Shown: piece by piece, positions 1 to 9,371 of the stretch | Numbering within the stretch: the stretch's first letter is position 1 | How the letters are laid out: each line of letters starts with the position of its first letter | Assembly (NCBI GenBank): GCA_013374835.1 | Contig: CP055307.1 | Location: 343,315 to 407,314, forward strand | DNA length: 64,000 nucleotides | Origin: Candidatus Woesebacteria bacterium | GTDB taxonomy: Bacteria > Patescibacteriota > Microgenomatia > UBA8517 | Direction of reading: 5' to 3' | Made by a program: the position numbers and the translations under genes | Notes under the pieces: model-generated | The model's input: only the letters and a program-made list of their open reading frames with translations | Databases searched by the model: none | Told to the model about the DNA's origin: nothing

Positions 1-273
1 GGATACCGTGTTGAATTGAGGGAAAAAACTTTGTTGTTGAATGTGGGTTACTCTCATCCTGTTGAGTTTGATGTACCCGATGGTATTCAGGTAACTATTG
101 AGAAATCAACGATTAATCTCGAAGGAATTGATAAAGAATTGGTCGGAGGTTTTGCTGCTAAAATTAGGGCATCTAGAAAACCTGAGCCATATAAAGGTAC
201 TGGAATAAGATATATAGATGAAGTTGTTCGAAGAAAGCCTGGAAAGCAGGCGGCAAAGACGGGAGCTGGTTAA
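1..273 (+). CDS. rplF: 50S ribosomal protein L6, C-terminal part (5' end outside window)
   Basis: ORF frame is open from base 1. The translated C-terminus (…[14 protein letters not shown]…KGTGIRY…) matches L6. It sits immediately upstream of L18-S5-L15-SecY. Confidence 0.85.
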   Translation, partial: GYRVELREKTLLLNVGYSHPVEFDVPDGIQVTIEKSTINLEGIDKELVGGFAAKIRASRKPEPYKGTGIRYIDEVVRRKPGKQAAKTGAG

Positions 274-275
274 TT

Positions 276-590
276 ATGAAAAGCAAGCTAGAAAAAAGAT
301 ATAGAAGAAAAAGAAAGATAAGATCGAGAATATCGGGGAGTTCGGATAGACCCAGAATTAGTATTTTTCGATCAAATAAGTATTTCTATTTGCAATTAAT
401 AGATGATGAAAAGAGTGAGACTTTAGCGCATGTTTTTGGCAAGGATCCCGTGGAAACAGGTAAAAAAATGCTTGAGCTTATGTTAAAAAAGAAGATAAAG
501 CAGGCTGTTTTCGATAGGGGCGGATACAAATATCATGGAAACGTCAAAAAAATTGCAGAAACGTTGAGGGAAGGGGGGATTAAATTCTAA
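276..590 (+). CDS. rplR: 50S ribosomal protein L18
   Basis: 104-aa basic protein with L18-like sequence, positioned between L6 and S5. Confidence 0.9.
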   Translation: MKSKLEKRYRRKRKIRSRISGSSDRPRISIFRSNKYFYLQLIDDEKSETLAHVFGKDPVETGKKMLELMLKKKIKQAVFDRGGYKYHGNVKKIAETLREGGIKF

Positions 591-1042
591 TGGATGAGTT
601 TGATGAAAAAGTAGTTGAGATTAATCGCATATCAAAGAAAACAAAAGGTGGAAATACGATTCGTTTTAACGCTTTGGTGGTGGTTGGTGATAAAAAGGGA
701 AAAGTAGGTGCCGGGCATTCTAAGGCTTTGGATGTGAGAGAGGCAATAAAAAAAGCCTCTTCTTATGCAAGAAAGCACATGTTTGAAGTCCCGATTAAGG
801 GTAAGACTATCCCTTTTGAAATAGAGAAAAAATTTGGTGCGGCACATATTATTCTTCGTCCGGCTCCTCCCGGAAGCGGAATTATCGCTGGAGGGCCGAT
901 GAGGATTGTTCTGGAATCGGCAGGTATTTTAAATGCTTCAGGAAAAATTTTGGGAACAAAAAACAAAGTTGCGAATGTTTACGCAACCCTTGATGCTTTG
1001 AAAGATTTATCTAGATTATCAAAAAGAAGGGAGGAGAAATGA
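590..1042 (+). CDS. rpsE: 30S ribosomal protein S5
   Basis: 150 aa with S5 dsRBD-like N-terminus and the GGPMRIVLE…ILGT region. Canonical cluster position. Confidence 0.9.
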   Translation: MDEFDEKVVEINRISKKTKGGNTIRFNALVVVGDKKGKVGAGHSKALDVREAIKKASSYARKHMFEVPIKGKTIPFEIEKKFGAAHIILRPAPPGSGIIAGGPMRIVLESAGILNASGKILGTKNKVANVYATLDALKDLSRLSKRREEK

Positions 1043-1485
1043 AGTATATGGATTTACCAAAAATAGTAAATAAAAGAAAAAAAAGAAAGGGCAGGGGTTA
1101 TGGAAGCGGAAAAGGTGGGCATACTAGTGGCCGTGGAACCAAAGGACAAAAATCTAGAGGAAAGATAGGCATTCTTTTTGAGGGTGTAAAGGTTAAAAAA
1201 TCTTTATTAAGGAGGCTTCCTATTTCCAGGGGGAAGGGTAAATTCAAAGCAAAAGATAAACCTGTTGTTATTAAGACAGGTGAGCTTAATAAATTGAAAA
1301 ATGGAAGTGTACTTAATGTAAAAACTCTATTTGCTGCAAAACTTATTGAGGAGAAGAAGATCGGGAAAGGTGGAGTTAAAGTATTAGCAGGAGGGGAAAA
1401 GCTTGAAAAGAAAATTATTTTAAAATTGCCAGCTTCGAAGCGTGCTATCGAAATAATAAAACAAGCCGGGGGAAGCGTTAAATGA
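1039..1485 (+). CDS. rplO: 50S ribosomal protein L15
   Basis: Gly/Lys-rich N-terminus ([18 protein letters not shown]) typical of L15. Its start overlaps the S5 stop, so no L30 gene lies between them. Confidence 0.85.
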   Translation: MKYMDLPKIVNKRKKRKGRGYGSGKGGHTSGRGTKGQKSRGKIGILFEGVKVKKSLLRRLPISRGKGKFKAKDKPVVIKTGELNKLKNGSVLNVKTLFAAKLIEEKKIGKGGVKVLAGGEKLEKKIILKLPASKRAIEIIKQAGGSVK

Positions 1486-2771
1486 TTTCAAAAATTACAG
1501 ACTTTTTTTATAAAAGCATTAAGTCTCCTGCAGTAAGGAAAAAGATTTTGATTACTGCTGTAATTCTTGTTTTTTTTAGATTTGCAGCCCATATTCCTGC
1601 GGCTGGGATAGATAGGACTTCTCTGAGGGTTCTTTTTGGGGGAAGTGCTTTGCTTTCTCTATTAGATGTCTTTTCTGGAGGGACACTTGCTAATTTTTCA
1701 GTAATGGCTTTGGGTCTTACGCCTTATATTAATGCATCGATTATTATGCAATTGCTTACTTTTGTGGTGCCTCGATTTGAAGAGCTTTCAAAGGAGGGTG
1801 AGTTTGGGCAGGAAAAGATTAATCAATACACAAGATTTATTACGATTCCACTTTCGGTTTTTCAGGCATTTGGAATGTACATGCTTCTTAAAAGCCAGGG
1901 GGTAATTCAGGGGCTTTCTGCTCTTTCCTTGGTTGCACTCGTTGTTACCATGGTAGCGGGCACGATGCTTGCTATTTGGATGGGCGAGCTTATTACAGAG
2001 TATGGTGTTGGAAACGGAGTATCTTTTTTGATATTTGCGGGCATAGTTGCCAGACTTCCGGTTTCTGTGGGTAGATCTTTTTCTACTTATCAATCCCAGA
2101 ATTTATTTAGTTTATTGATTTTTGCCATACTTTCCGTAGTTACAATAGCTCTTATTGTTTTTGTAAATGAGGCCACAAGAAAGATTCCTATAAATTATGC
2201 TAGGCAGTCGAGACGGGTTGTTAGTGGTATTAATTCAACCTATATTCCCTTGCGTGTTAATCAAGCCGGGGTAATACCGATTATTTTTGCTGTTTCTTTA
2301 GTTTTAATACCTTCTATGTTAGGGCAATTTTTAGGTACAGTAGAAAATTCGAGTGTTTCAAGTTTTGCAAACCGACTGGTTACTCTTTTTGATCCCCAGT
2401 CTTTTTTGTATAATGCGTTTTATTTTCTTTTGGTTGTTGGTTTTACTTATTTTTATACTTCGGTAGTTTTTAACCCAGAAAAAATTTCGGAAAATTTACA
2501 AAAAAATGGCGCGTTCATCCCGGGAATAAGACCGGGAAGCCATACTCTTAAATATTTGAATTACGTACTAAATAGAATTACTTTGGTTGGTGCCTTGTTT
2601 TTGGGATTTGTGGCTATTCTACCTTCTTTGATGCAAGTTTTTTTGGGGATATCGAATCTTGTTATTGGAGGTACAGGGATACTTATTGTTGTGTCTGTGG
2701 TGCTTGAGGTGACTCGAGATCTGGAAGCTCAGCTTGTGATGCGCAAATATGAGGGGATATTAAAAAAATGA
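1482..2771 (+). CDS. secY: preprotein translocase subunit SecY
   Basis: 429-aa polytopic membrane protein following L15. SecY-like TM pattern and motifs. Confidence 0.95.
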   Translation: MISKITDFFYKSIKSPAVRKKILITAVILVFFRFAAHIPAAGIDRTSLRVLFGGSALLSLLDVFSGGTLANFSVMALGLTPYINASIIMQLLTFVVPRFEELSKEGEFGQEKINQYTRFITIPLSVFQAFGMYMLLKSQGVIQGLSALSLVALVVTMVAGTMLAIWMGELITEYGVGNGVSFLIFAGIVARLPVSVGRSFSTYQSQNLFSLLIFAILSVVTIALIVFVNEATRKIPINYARQSRRVVSGINSTYIPLRVNQAGVIPIIFAVSLVLIPSMLGQFLGTVENSSVSSFANRLVTLFDPQSFLYNAFYFLLVVGFTYFYTSVVFNPEKISENLQKNGAFIPGIRPGSHTLKYLNYVLNRITLVGALFLGFVAILPSLMQVFLGISNLVIGGTGILIVVSVVLEVTRDLEAQLVMRKYEGILKK

Positions 2772-3415
2772 ATTTAATAATAATGGGGCCTCAGGGCTCG
2801 GGAAAAGGAACACAGGCTGATCTTTTGTCTGAACGAATGGGATTTTATCATATTGAAAGTGGAAAACTTTTACGAGAATTAGCGCAGCGCGATAGTGAAG
2901 TTTACGAGCTTATTTACAAAAAGGGTGAGCTTTATCCTGATCAAGGTACGCTTAATTTGATTGCTCAAGATTTGAAGGTAAATAATTCTCTAAAAAAACG
3001 GAAAGTTTTTGACGGGTTCCCTAGAACCAAAAGTCAATATTCGATTTTGAAGAAGTGGTTATCTAAGATTAATCAGAGGATTGATCTTGTTGTTTTTATT
3101 AATATAAGCGAGCAGGAGACGGTTAAAAGGCTTTCTGCCAGAAGAACCTGTGTTAAGTGTGGAACTGTTTATAATCTTATTACTAATCCTCCGAGTAATC
3201 CGGGTAGATGTAAATGTGGAGGGCGTTTGGTACAAAGAGCCGATGATAAAGAGGAGACTATTAAAAAGAGGCTTAGTTTGTTTAAAAGAGAAACCAAGCC
3301 ACTTATTTCGGAGATAGAAAAAGATGGGATTTTGATTGAAATTGATGGAGAACGTCCGATTGAAGAAATTTTTTTGGATATTAAAAATGCCATAGAAAAG
3401 ATTAAAAATGAATAA
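2768..3415 (+). CDS. adk: adenylate kinase with Zn-binding lid
   Basis: P-loop [10 protein letters not shown]. Cys4 lid CVKCG…CKCGG. Position after secY. Confidence 0.9.
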   Translation: MNLIIMGPQGSGKGTQADLLSERMGFYHIESGKLLRELAQRDSEVYELIYKKGELYPDQGTLNLIAQDLKVNNSLKKRKVFDGFPRTKSQYSILKKWLSKINQRIDLVVFINISEQETVKRLSARRTCVKCGTVYNLITNPPSNPGRCKCGGRLVQRADDKEETIKKRLSLFKRETKPLISEIEKDGILIEIDGERPIEEIFLDIKNAIEKIKNE

Positions 3416-4163
3416 ATTGAGTATAAAAAGTAAAAAAGAGTTGGATATTATGAGAGAAGGGGGTAGAAAGCTTTCGAAGGTGAAGCATGAGCTTTCGAGC
3501 CTTGTTCGCTCTGGTGTAAGTGCCTATGATATTGAAGAAGCAGCTACAAATTATATAGAAAAGCTTGGCTGTAAGCCTTCTTTTAAGATGGTTCCGGGAT
3601 ATAGATGGTCTACATGTGTTAATGTGAATGAGGGGGTTGTTCACGGGATTCCTAAAAAGGATGTTATTTTTAAGGACGGAGATGTTGTAAGTATTGATCT
3701 TGGGATTTTTTACAAGGGGTTTCATACAGATACATCTGTGTCTTTATTGATAGGTGATAATTTGGAGAAAGAAAAGTTTTTAGAAGCGGGAAGAACAGCT
3801 CTTTCGGGAGCAATTTCTTCAATTAAATTGGGTGGCAAGATAGGGGACATTTCTTATGCAATTGAAAAAACCATAACTTCATTCGGCTATACTCCTATTA
3901 GTTCGTTGACGGGTCATGGAATAGGTAGATGTTTGCATGAGGACCCGAGGATACCATGTATTTTGGCTGGGACGCCGGATGAATTTGTGGAGATTAAGGA
4001 GGGTATGGCTTTGGCAGTTGAGGTAATGTATACGATGGGCAGAGATGAGCTGGTCACAATGGGTGACGGTTGGACAATAAGCACAAAAGATGCTAAAATA
4101 TCAGCGCTTTTTGAAGAGACCGTGGCCGTTTATGGCAACGGTCATGTTGTTTTGACTGAATAA
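3408..4163 (+). CDS. map: methionine aminopeptidase type I
   Basis: Pita-bread fold motifs (…DGDVVSIDLG…, HGIGR…HE) and synteny. Confidence 0.9.
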   Translation: MNKLSIKSKKELDIMREGGRKLSKVKHELSSLVRSGVSAYDIEEAATNYIEKLGCKPSFKMVPGYRWSTCVNVNEGVVHGIPKKDVIFKDGDVVSIDLGIFYKGFHTDTSVSLLIGDNLEKEKFLEAGRTALSGAISSIKLGGKIGDISYAIEKTITSFGYTPISSLTGHGIGRCLHEDPRIPCILAGTPDEFVEIKEGMALAVEVMYTMGRDELVTMGDGWTISTKDAKISALFEETVAVYGNGHVVLTE

Positions 4164-4169
4164 ATAATT

Positions 4170-4406
4170 ATGGTATTAAAAAATACGATTTTAATCGGTG
4201 AAGTAACTGAGCTTTTGCCGAATACTATGTTTAGAATTAAGCTTGACGATGGGCGTTTGATATTGGCTGTGCCTTCAGGAAAGATGAGGAGAGGTTTTAT
4301 GCGAGTTATGCCCGGAGATAAGGTAAAGGTTGAGGTAACTCCATATGATGAAAACCGGGGGAGAATTGTTTATAAGCTTGGAAAAAAGGAGGATCATGAA
4401 AGTTAG
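4170..4406 (+). CDS. infA: translation initiation factor IF-1
   Basis: 78-aa S1-like protein with the canonical IF-1 sequence (…[21 protein letters not shown]…). Confidence 0.9.
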   Translation: MVLKNTILIGEVTELLPNTMFRIKLDDGRLILAVPSGKMRRGFMRVMPGDKVKVEVTPYDENRGRIVYKLGKKEDHES

Positions 4407-4509
4407 ATCATCTATAAAGAAAATATGCAACAATTGCAAGATAGTAAAAAGAAAGGGTGTTTTGTATGTTATTTGTACGAACCCCAAGCATAAACAACGT
4501 CAAGGATAA
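4396..4509 (+). CDS. rpmJ: 50S ribosomal protein L36
   Basis: Translation by hand gives [37 protein letters not shown], a C-x2-C…C-x-H zinc ribbon. Not in the ORF track (under 60 aa). Overlaps the infA stop. Confidence 0.85.
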   Translation: MKVRSSIKKICNNCKIVKRKGVLYVICTNPKHKQRQG

Positions 4510-4511
4510 AA

Positions 4512-4919
4512 ATGGCTAGAATTGCAGGAATAGATTTACAGGACAGTTGGAGAGTGGGTTTCGCTCTTACTAAAATTAAAGGAATAGGCTGGAGTAGATC
4601 GGATGAGATAGTAAGCTCGCTTAAGCTTGATCCGAGTCTTCGTGTGAAGGATCTTTCAAACGAAGATTTGACCAGGATTGCAGGTAAGCTTGAAGAATAT
4701 GTTGTTGAGGGAGATTTGTTAAGAAAGGTAAGGGAGGATATTCAGAGATTAAAATCTATTGGAAGCTATCGGGGAATAAGACACACAAGAGGATTGCCGG
4801 TTAGAGGACAAAGGACGAAATCTAATGCGAGAACTAAGAGGGGAAAGAGAAGAACAGTAGGTGCATTTAAGAAAGAGGCTCTCGCAAAGATGGGTTCGAC
4901 TAAGAAGGAGGAAAAGTAA
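4512..4919 (+). CDS. rpsM: 30S ribosomal protein S13
   Basis: MARIAGIDL… N-terminus and basic C-tail typical of S13. Confidence 0.9.
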   Translation: MARIAGIDLQDSWRVGFALTKIKGIGWSRSDEIVSSLKLDPSLRVKDLSNEDLTRIAGKLEEYVVEGDLLRKVREDIQRLKSIGSYRGIRHTRGLPVRGQRTKSNARTKRGKRRTVGAFKKEALAKMGSTKKEEK

Positions 4920-4920
4920 A

Positions 4921-5301
4921 ATGGCTAAATCAAAAAAAGGGGGAACAAAAGTAGTTAAAACCGGAAAAATTTATATTTCCGCAAGTTTTAATAATACTCT
5001 AATAACAATAACAGACGAAGAAGGTGCTACTATTTGTTGGGGATCTTCGGGAAAGAGTGGTTTTAAGGGTACGAGAAAAGCAACTCCTTATGCAGCCACT
5101 TTGGCGGTTGAGCAGGTGGTTCGAAAAGCAGTTGAAGAATACGGCATGAGTGATGCAGCTGTTTATATAAAAGGGCCAGGTCCGGGAAGAGAGGCTTCCT
5201 TAAGGGCAATAAAGGCTGCGGGAATTAAGATTAATATGATTGCTGATGTTACACCCATGCCTCATGATGGGCCGAGGCCAAAGAAGAAAAGGAGGGTTTA
5301 A
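4921..5301 (+). CDS. rpsK: 30S ribosomal protein S11
   Basis: True start is the internal ATG at 4921 (MAKSKKGG…), immediately after the S13 stop. The track ORF at 4861 is an upstream extension. Confidence 0.9.
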   Translation: MAKSKKGGTKVVKTGKIYISASFNNTLITITDEEGATICWGSSGKSGFKGTRKATPYAATLAVEQVVRKAVEEYGMSDAAVYIKGPGPGREASLRAIKAAGIKINMIADVTPMPHDGPRPKKKRRV

Positions 5302-5304
5302 AAT

Positions 5305-5907
5305 ATGGGAAGATACACGGGTCCTAAAGATAGATTATCAAGAAGGGAGGGTTTTGATCTTTTTTCAAAAGGTTCTAAGCTTACCCGCGTAAATGTTACA
5401 CCAGGCGTGCATGGCCCGAAAGGTATTAGTAGAGCCGCTTCACAATATGGAAGACAGCTTAGGGAAAAGCAAAAAGTAAAGAGATTTTATGGTCTTTATG
5501 AGAGACAGTTTAAAAGATATATGGCTCAAGCTTTGAAAACAAAGGGCAATACTTCGGATGCATTGTTTTCGATATTGGAAAGAAGACTTGACAACGTTGT
5601 TGTCAGGTTGGGGTTTGCAAATACAAGAGCGCAGGCGAGACAACTTGTAAGCCACAGACACGTATTGGTAAACGGCAAGAAAGTAAATATCCCATCGTAT
5701 TTGGTTAAAAAAGGTGATACAATAACCCTTTCTTCAAAGGCTATTGAAATACCATCGATTGCCAAGCTTTTGAAGGAAAAGGATTTAAAGATTCCCGGCT
5801 GGTTAAAGAAAAAAGGAGCTGTGGGTAAGATTGATAGTGAACCTGTTAGAGATGATGTTAATGAGCCTTTTAATGAGGCAGATATAATTGAGTTTTATTC
5901 TAGATAA
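5305..5907 (+). CDS. rpsD: 30S ribosomal protein S4
   Basis: 200 aa. MGRYTGPK… with an S4 RNA-binding domain. Confidence 0.9.
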   Translation: MGRYTGPKDRLSRREGFDLFSKGSKLTRVNVTPGVHGPKGISRAASQYGRQLREKQKVKRFYGLYERQFKRYMAQALKTKGNTSDALFSILERRLDNVVVRLGFANTRAQARQLVSHRHVLVNGKKVNIPSYLVKKGDTITLSSKAIEIPSIAKLLKEKDLKIPGWLKKKGAVGKIDSEPVRDDVNEPFNEADIIEFYSR

Positions 5908-5931
5908 AATTGAGCAAGGAGGTGACGCATA

Positions 5932-6846
5932 ATGGAGCCATTGTTTGAGATTAAAGAAGAAAAAAGCCAAGAAAACTACTCAAAGTTTGTTTTAAGTCCT
6001 TTGAAAGAGGGCTATGGATATACATTGGGAAATTCTTTAAGAAGAGTACTTTTATCCAGCTTAAAAGGAGCTGCAATTACAAGCGTAAAGATTTCAGGAG
6101 TTAAGCATCAATTTTCTACTCTTAAGGGAATGAAAGAGGATGTTTTGGATTTTTTGTTGAACCTTAAAAGGGTGAGGATTTCTTATGAAGGGGATAAACC
6201 TTTAAAGGCGACATTAAGCGCAAGAGATGCGGGTGAGGTAAAAGCTTCGGATATTAAAATTTCGGGAGACGCAAAGATAGCAAATCCGGATCTTGTTTTG
6301 GCTAATCTTTCAAAGGGTGCCAAACTTGACGTTGAGATGGAGATTAAAAGTGGTGTCGGATATCTTTCGGCTGATGAACGGGATGAGGATAAAGCTATTG
6401 GAGTAATACCTTTGGATGCCATTTTTTCACCTGTTTTGCGTGTGAGCTATAAAGTTGAAGAAACCCGTGTGGGTAGGGTAACTAACTATGATAAGTTGAC
6501 TATTGAGATTTGGACTGATGGAACAGTAGAGCCTGAGTCTGCTTTGCGTTCGGCTGCCGAGATATTGGTTGCTTATTTTAATCAGATTGTTAATCCTAAA
6601 AAGGTAGAGAAAAAAGAAAGCGAGATAAAAGATGACGGACTTGGAATGGTAGGTAAGCTTTCGGTTGAGGAGATAGGGCTTCCTACTCGTGTGGCCAACG
6701 CTTTGAGCAAAGCTGGTTATGAAACTGTAGAAAAGCTTGTAAAGGCAGATCCGGCTGAGTTGATAAAGGTTAGAAATCTTGGTGATAAATCAATAAAGAT
6801 AATTAAAGCTGCTTTAAAGGAGAAGGGGGTAGAGTTTAATGCGTAA
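5932..6846 (+). CDS. rpoA: DNA-directed RNA polymerase alpha subunit
   Basis: 304 aa with N-terminal dimerisation domain and C-terminal HhH (αCTD-like) region. Follows rpsD. Confidence 0.9.
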   Translation: MEPLFEIKEEKSQENYSKFVLSPLKEGYGYTLGNSLRRVLLSSLKGAAITSVKISGVKHQFSTLKGMKEDVLDFLLNLKRVRISYEGDKPLKATLSARDAGEVKASDIKISGDAKIANPDLVLANLSKGAKLDVEMEIKSGVGYLSADERDEDKAIGVIPLDAIFSPVLRVSYKVEETRVGRVTNYDKLTIEIWTDGTVEPESALRSAAEILVAYFNQIVNPKKVEKKESEIKDDGLGMVGKLSVEEIGLPTRVANALSKAGYETVEKLVKADPAELIKVRNLGDKSIKIIKAALKEKGVEFNA

Positions 6847-7282
6847 GAGGGTTTACGGAAGAAAGCTAAATAGATCACGAAGATCAAGAACGGCGCTTTT
6901 TAGATCTTTAATTCGTTCTTTGGCAAAGAACGGAAGGATTAAGACTACTTTGGCAAAGGCCAAGGCAGTTCAGCCCGAAGTTGATAAAATGATTGGCCTT
7001 TTAAAGCAGGAGACGGTTTCTTCCAGGAGGTTGGTTTATTCTAGATTGGGAAACGATAGGTTCACAACAGACGAGCTTTATAGGGTGAGCAAGTTTATGA
7101 AAGACAAGGTGTCTGGATTTACGAAACTTACTCACTTGTCTTTCAGAAGCGGTGATAATGCCGAAATGGCGATGCTTGAGTGGTCAAGTAGTGTAGGCTC
7201 TTTAGAGAGTGAGAAAAAAAAGAGGGTTAAAAAGAGCATAAAGAAAGGAAAGGATGAAAAAGACGTACCAGCCAAAAAGTAA
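6839..7282 (+). CDS. rplQ: 50S ribosomal protein L17
   Basis: MRKRVYGRKLNRSRRSR… typical L17 start. Follows rpoA. Confidence 0.85.
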   Translation: MRKRVYGRKLNRSRRSRTALFRSLIRSLAKNGRIKTTLAKAKAVQPEVDKMIGLLKQETVSSRRLVYSRLGNDRFTTDELYRVSKFMKDKVSGFTKLTHLSFRSGDNAEMAMLEWSSSVGSLESEKKKRVKKSIKKGKDEKDVPAKK

Positions 7283-7694
7283 AGATGTTGATCGCAAGTG
7301 GCACTTGATAGATGCTAAAGATGTAGTTCTTGGCAGACTTGCAACGCAAGTGGCGAATCTTCTTATGGGTAAGCATAAGAGAGATTATGCGAACCATATT
7401 GATATGGGTGACTGGGTGGTAGTAATTAATTCAAAGGATATCAAAGTTACAGGAAGGAAAGAATCCCAAAAACTTTACTACAAACATTCGGGATATCCGG
7501 GAGGATTTAAAGAAGTTTCGTACGCAAAGTTAAAAAAAGAGCGACCTGAGAGAATAATTGAACTTGCCGTATCTCGCATGCTTCCTAAAAATAGGCTTCA
7601 GAGCATTCGTATGGGTAGGTTAAAGGTGTTTGCCGGAAGTGAGCATATTTATGAAGAAAAATTTGGAAAGGGGGAGAAAAATAATGCCAGCTAA
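7254..7694 (+). CDS. rplM: 50S ribosomal protein L13
   Basis: 146 aa. KWHLIDAKDVVLGRLAT… L13 signature. Confidence 0.9.
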   Translation: MKKTYQPKSKDVDRKWHLIDAKDVVLGRLATQVANLLMGKHKRDYANHIDMGDWVVVINSKDIKVTGRKESQKLYYKHSGYPGGFKEVSYAKLKKERPERIIELAVSRMLPKNRLQSIRMGRLKVFAGSEHIYEEKFGKGEKNNAS

Positions 7695-8100
7695 GCGAGA
7701 AACCAAAAGGAACTATGTTTACGCCGTTGGGAGAAGAAGATCTGCTTCTTGTAGGGTGCGTTTATTTAAAGGAGATAAAGAAAGCGTTGTAAATGGAGAG
7801 GTAATTGGTAATTATTTTCCAGGTCAGGTTATGAGAAAGGCTTGGCTTAGACCTTTTGAGGTTACCGAGACTTTAGGAAAATATTATATTAGTGCAAAAA
7901 TAGTTGGTGGTGGGAAAAAAGGGCAGCTTGATGCACTTGTTCTTGCTATTTCCCGCGCATTTAGCAAGCTTGATATTGAAAAGTATAAGCCTCTACTTAA
8001 AAAGCAGGGGCTTTTAACCCGTGATGCGCGTATAAGGCAAAGAAGAATGGTGGGCACAGGAGGGAAGGCGAGAAGAAAAAAGCAGTCTCCAAAGCGTTAA
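7684..8100 (+). CDS. rpsI: 30S ribosomal protein S9
   Basis: Internal ATG at 7684 (MPAKRETKRNYVYAVGRRRSA…), ending …KRR…PKR. The 7630 start is an upstream extension overlapping rplM. Confidence 0.9.
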   Translation: MPAKRETKRNYVYAVGRRRSASCRVRLFKGDKESVVNGEVIGNYFPGQVMRKAWLRPFEVTETLGKYYISAKIVGGGKKGQLDALVLAISRAFSKLDIEKYKPLLKKQGLLTRDARIRQRRMVGTGGKARRKKQSPKR

Positions 8101-8594
8101 TATTTGAATATTTTGCCTACAGTTATTCCAATTAATACGGCTGTCCCACCGAGAAGAAACATTTTTATTGCGTGTTTAAGAGAATTGATTTTTAGAAACT
8201 TGGAGCTTATTGAACCAAGAAAAAAAAGGCTGGTTAAGGATACAGCTATTGAAATTGGGAGCGCTTTTGATGGATTAAAGACCAGATATGGCGTGAGTGG
8301 AATGAATCCTGAAAAAAAATACGCAAGAAGCATAATAATTGCTCCTTGTACGGAGCTTTTTTGAGAATTTTTTGTTTTGAGGAAATCTTCGGAAATGTCT
8401 TGTGACAGATAGCTTCCTATGCCCATTGAAGTTGCTTCTACAAATATCAAAACAACGCCTGTTAAAAAAATTTCACTTTTATCTATACCTGCCGTTGCTA
8501 TACCAGAGAGTAAACCTAGTGTTGAGACTAAGCTATCTTCTACCCCGAAAATAAAGTTCCTTATATAAGACTCTTTTTTTTGGGCATTTATCAT
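8097..8594 (-). CDS. VIT1/CCC1-family (DUF125) membrane protein, putative iron/manganese transporter
   Basis: 165 aa with multiple TM helices. GVEDSLVSTLGLLSGIA motif resembles the VIT-family signature. Convergent with rpsI. Confidence 0.55.
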   Translation of the reverse strand: MINAQKKESYIRNFIFGVEDSLVSTLGLLSGIATAGIDKSEIFLTGVVLIFVEATSMGIGSYLSQDISEDFLKTKNSQKSSVQGAIIMLLAYFFSGFIPLTPYLVFNPSKALPISIAVSLTSLFFLGSISSKFLKINSLKHAIKMFLLGGTAVLIGITVGKIFKY

Positions 8595-8816
8595 AAAAAT
8601 TCGCTTTTTAAGTTTCGATTCAATTTAGCTATGCCCATTCTTTTTGTTGTCAGAGGTAAAATAATTGTTATAGAAATTGTTATACCCATTGGTTTAATAA
8701 TAATCTATTTATGTGTTTTGGTGAAATCATAAAATTTGGCTGCTTCTTGACAAGCTGGGGTGAGGTAGATTATTTTTAGCTTAGTCTAGGTTAGATAGCG
8801 AGAGGGGGTGATATTA

Positions 8817-9023
8817 ATGAATTCGGTACAGTTTTATGATGTTAAGAAGCGCGCCAAGGTAGATGTCCCTGTAAGTCAATGCTGGAAGACTAAATACGAG
8901 AGGCAGACTAAAGATGGTGGAATGCAAGTTAGGTATGCTGTAAAGGCAGAAGTTGACGGGAGCAAACTTACTAAATTTGTAAGCAAAGATGCTTGGGACA
9001 GCCTGAGTTGCCCCGAAAAGTAA
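8817..9023 (+). CDS. small hypothetical protein (68 aa), own promoter and terminator
   Basis: Strong SD (AGGGGGTGA) precedes ATG 8817. A TTGACA -35-like box lies at ~8747. An intrinsic terminator follows. No recognisable family. Confidence 0.4.
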   Translation: MNSVQFYDVKKRAKVDVPVSQCWKTKYERQTKDGGMQVRYAVKAEVDGSKLTKFVSKDAWDSLSCPEK

Positions 9024-9044
9024 GGTTGAAGCTTACTAAAATCA

Positions 9045-9078
9045 AAAACCCCGTTGGAGTTAACCTACGGGGTTTTTG
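9045..9078 (+). terminator. rho-independent terminator
   Basis: Stem CCCCGT…ACGGGG followed by TTTTT, directly after the 8817-9023 ORF. Confidence 0.5.
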
Positions 9079-9371
9079 AATTGAGAAATTTGGTTGTAAT
9101 TGCTGAATGAAGTGCGAACCTTTTTCGAGCGAGATTCTGACTGATGCCGCGTTTGCGGCGCGGTAGAAATCAAACCGCTTGGATAGATGGTTTTGGGACA
9201 TGTCCTTTTATAGGCGGTACTTTTGTATGTTCTTACCGATGGTCGCCTTATTCTTTGACATAGTCTTAAAACTTTATAAACATAGTTGTATATAATCTAA
9301 TTCTTGCTTTAGTCAACAAATAGGGAATTCCGTTCAGTGAAACTGATGCATTGCCTTCGTCTTCAAACGTA

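Noticed and set aside
632-966. Antisense ORFs inside rpsE, secY, rpsD, rpoA and other core genes from the six-frame track
   Set aside because: They overlap strongly conserved genes on the opposite strand and have no start signals. They are treated as noise.
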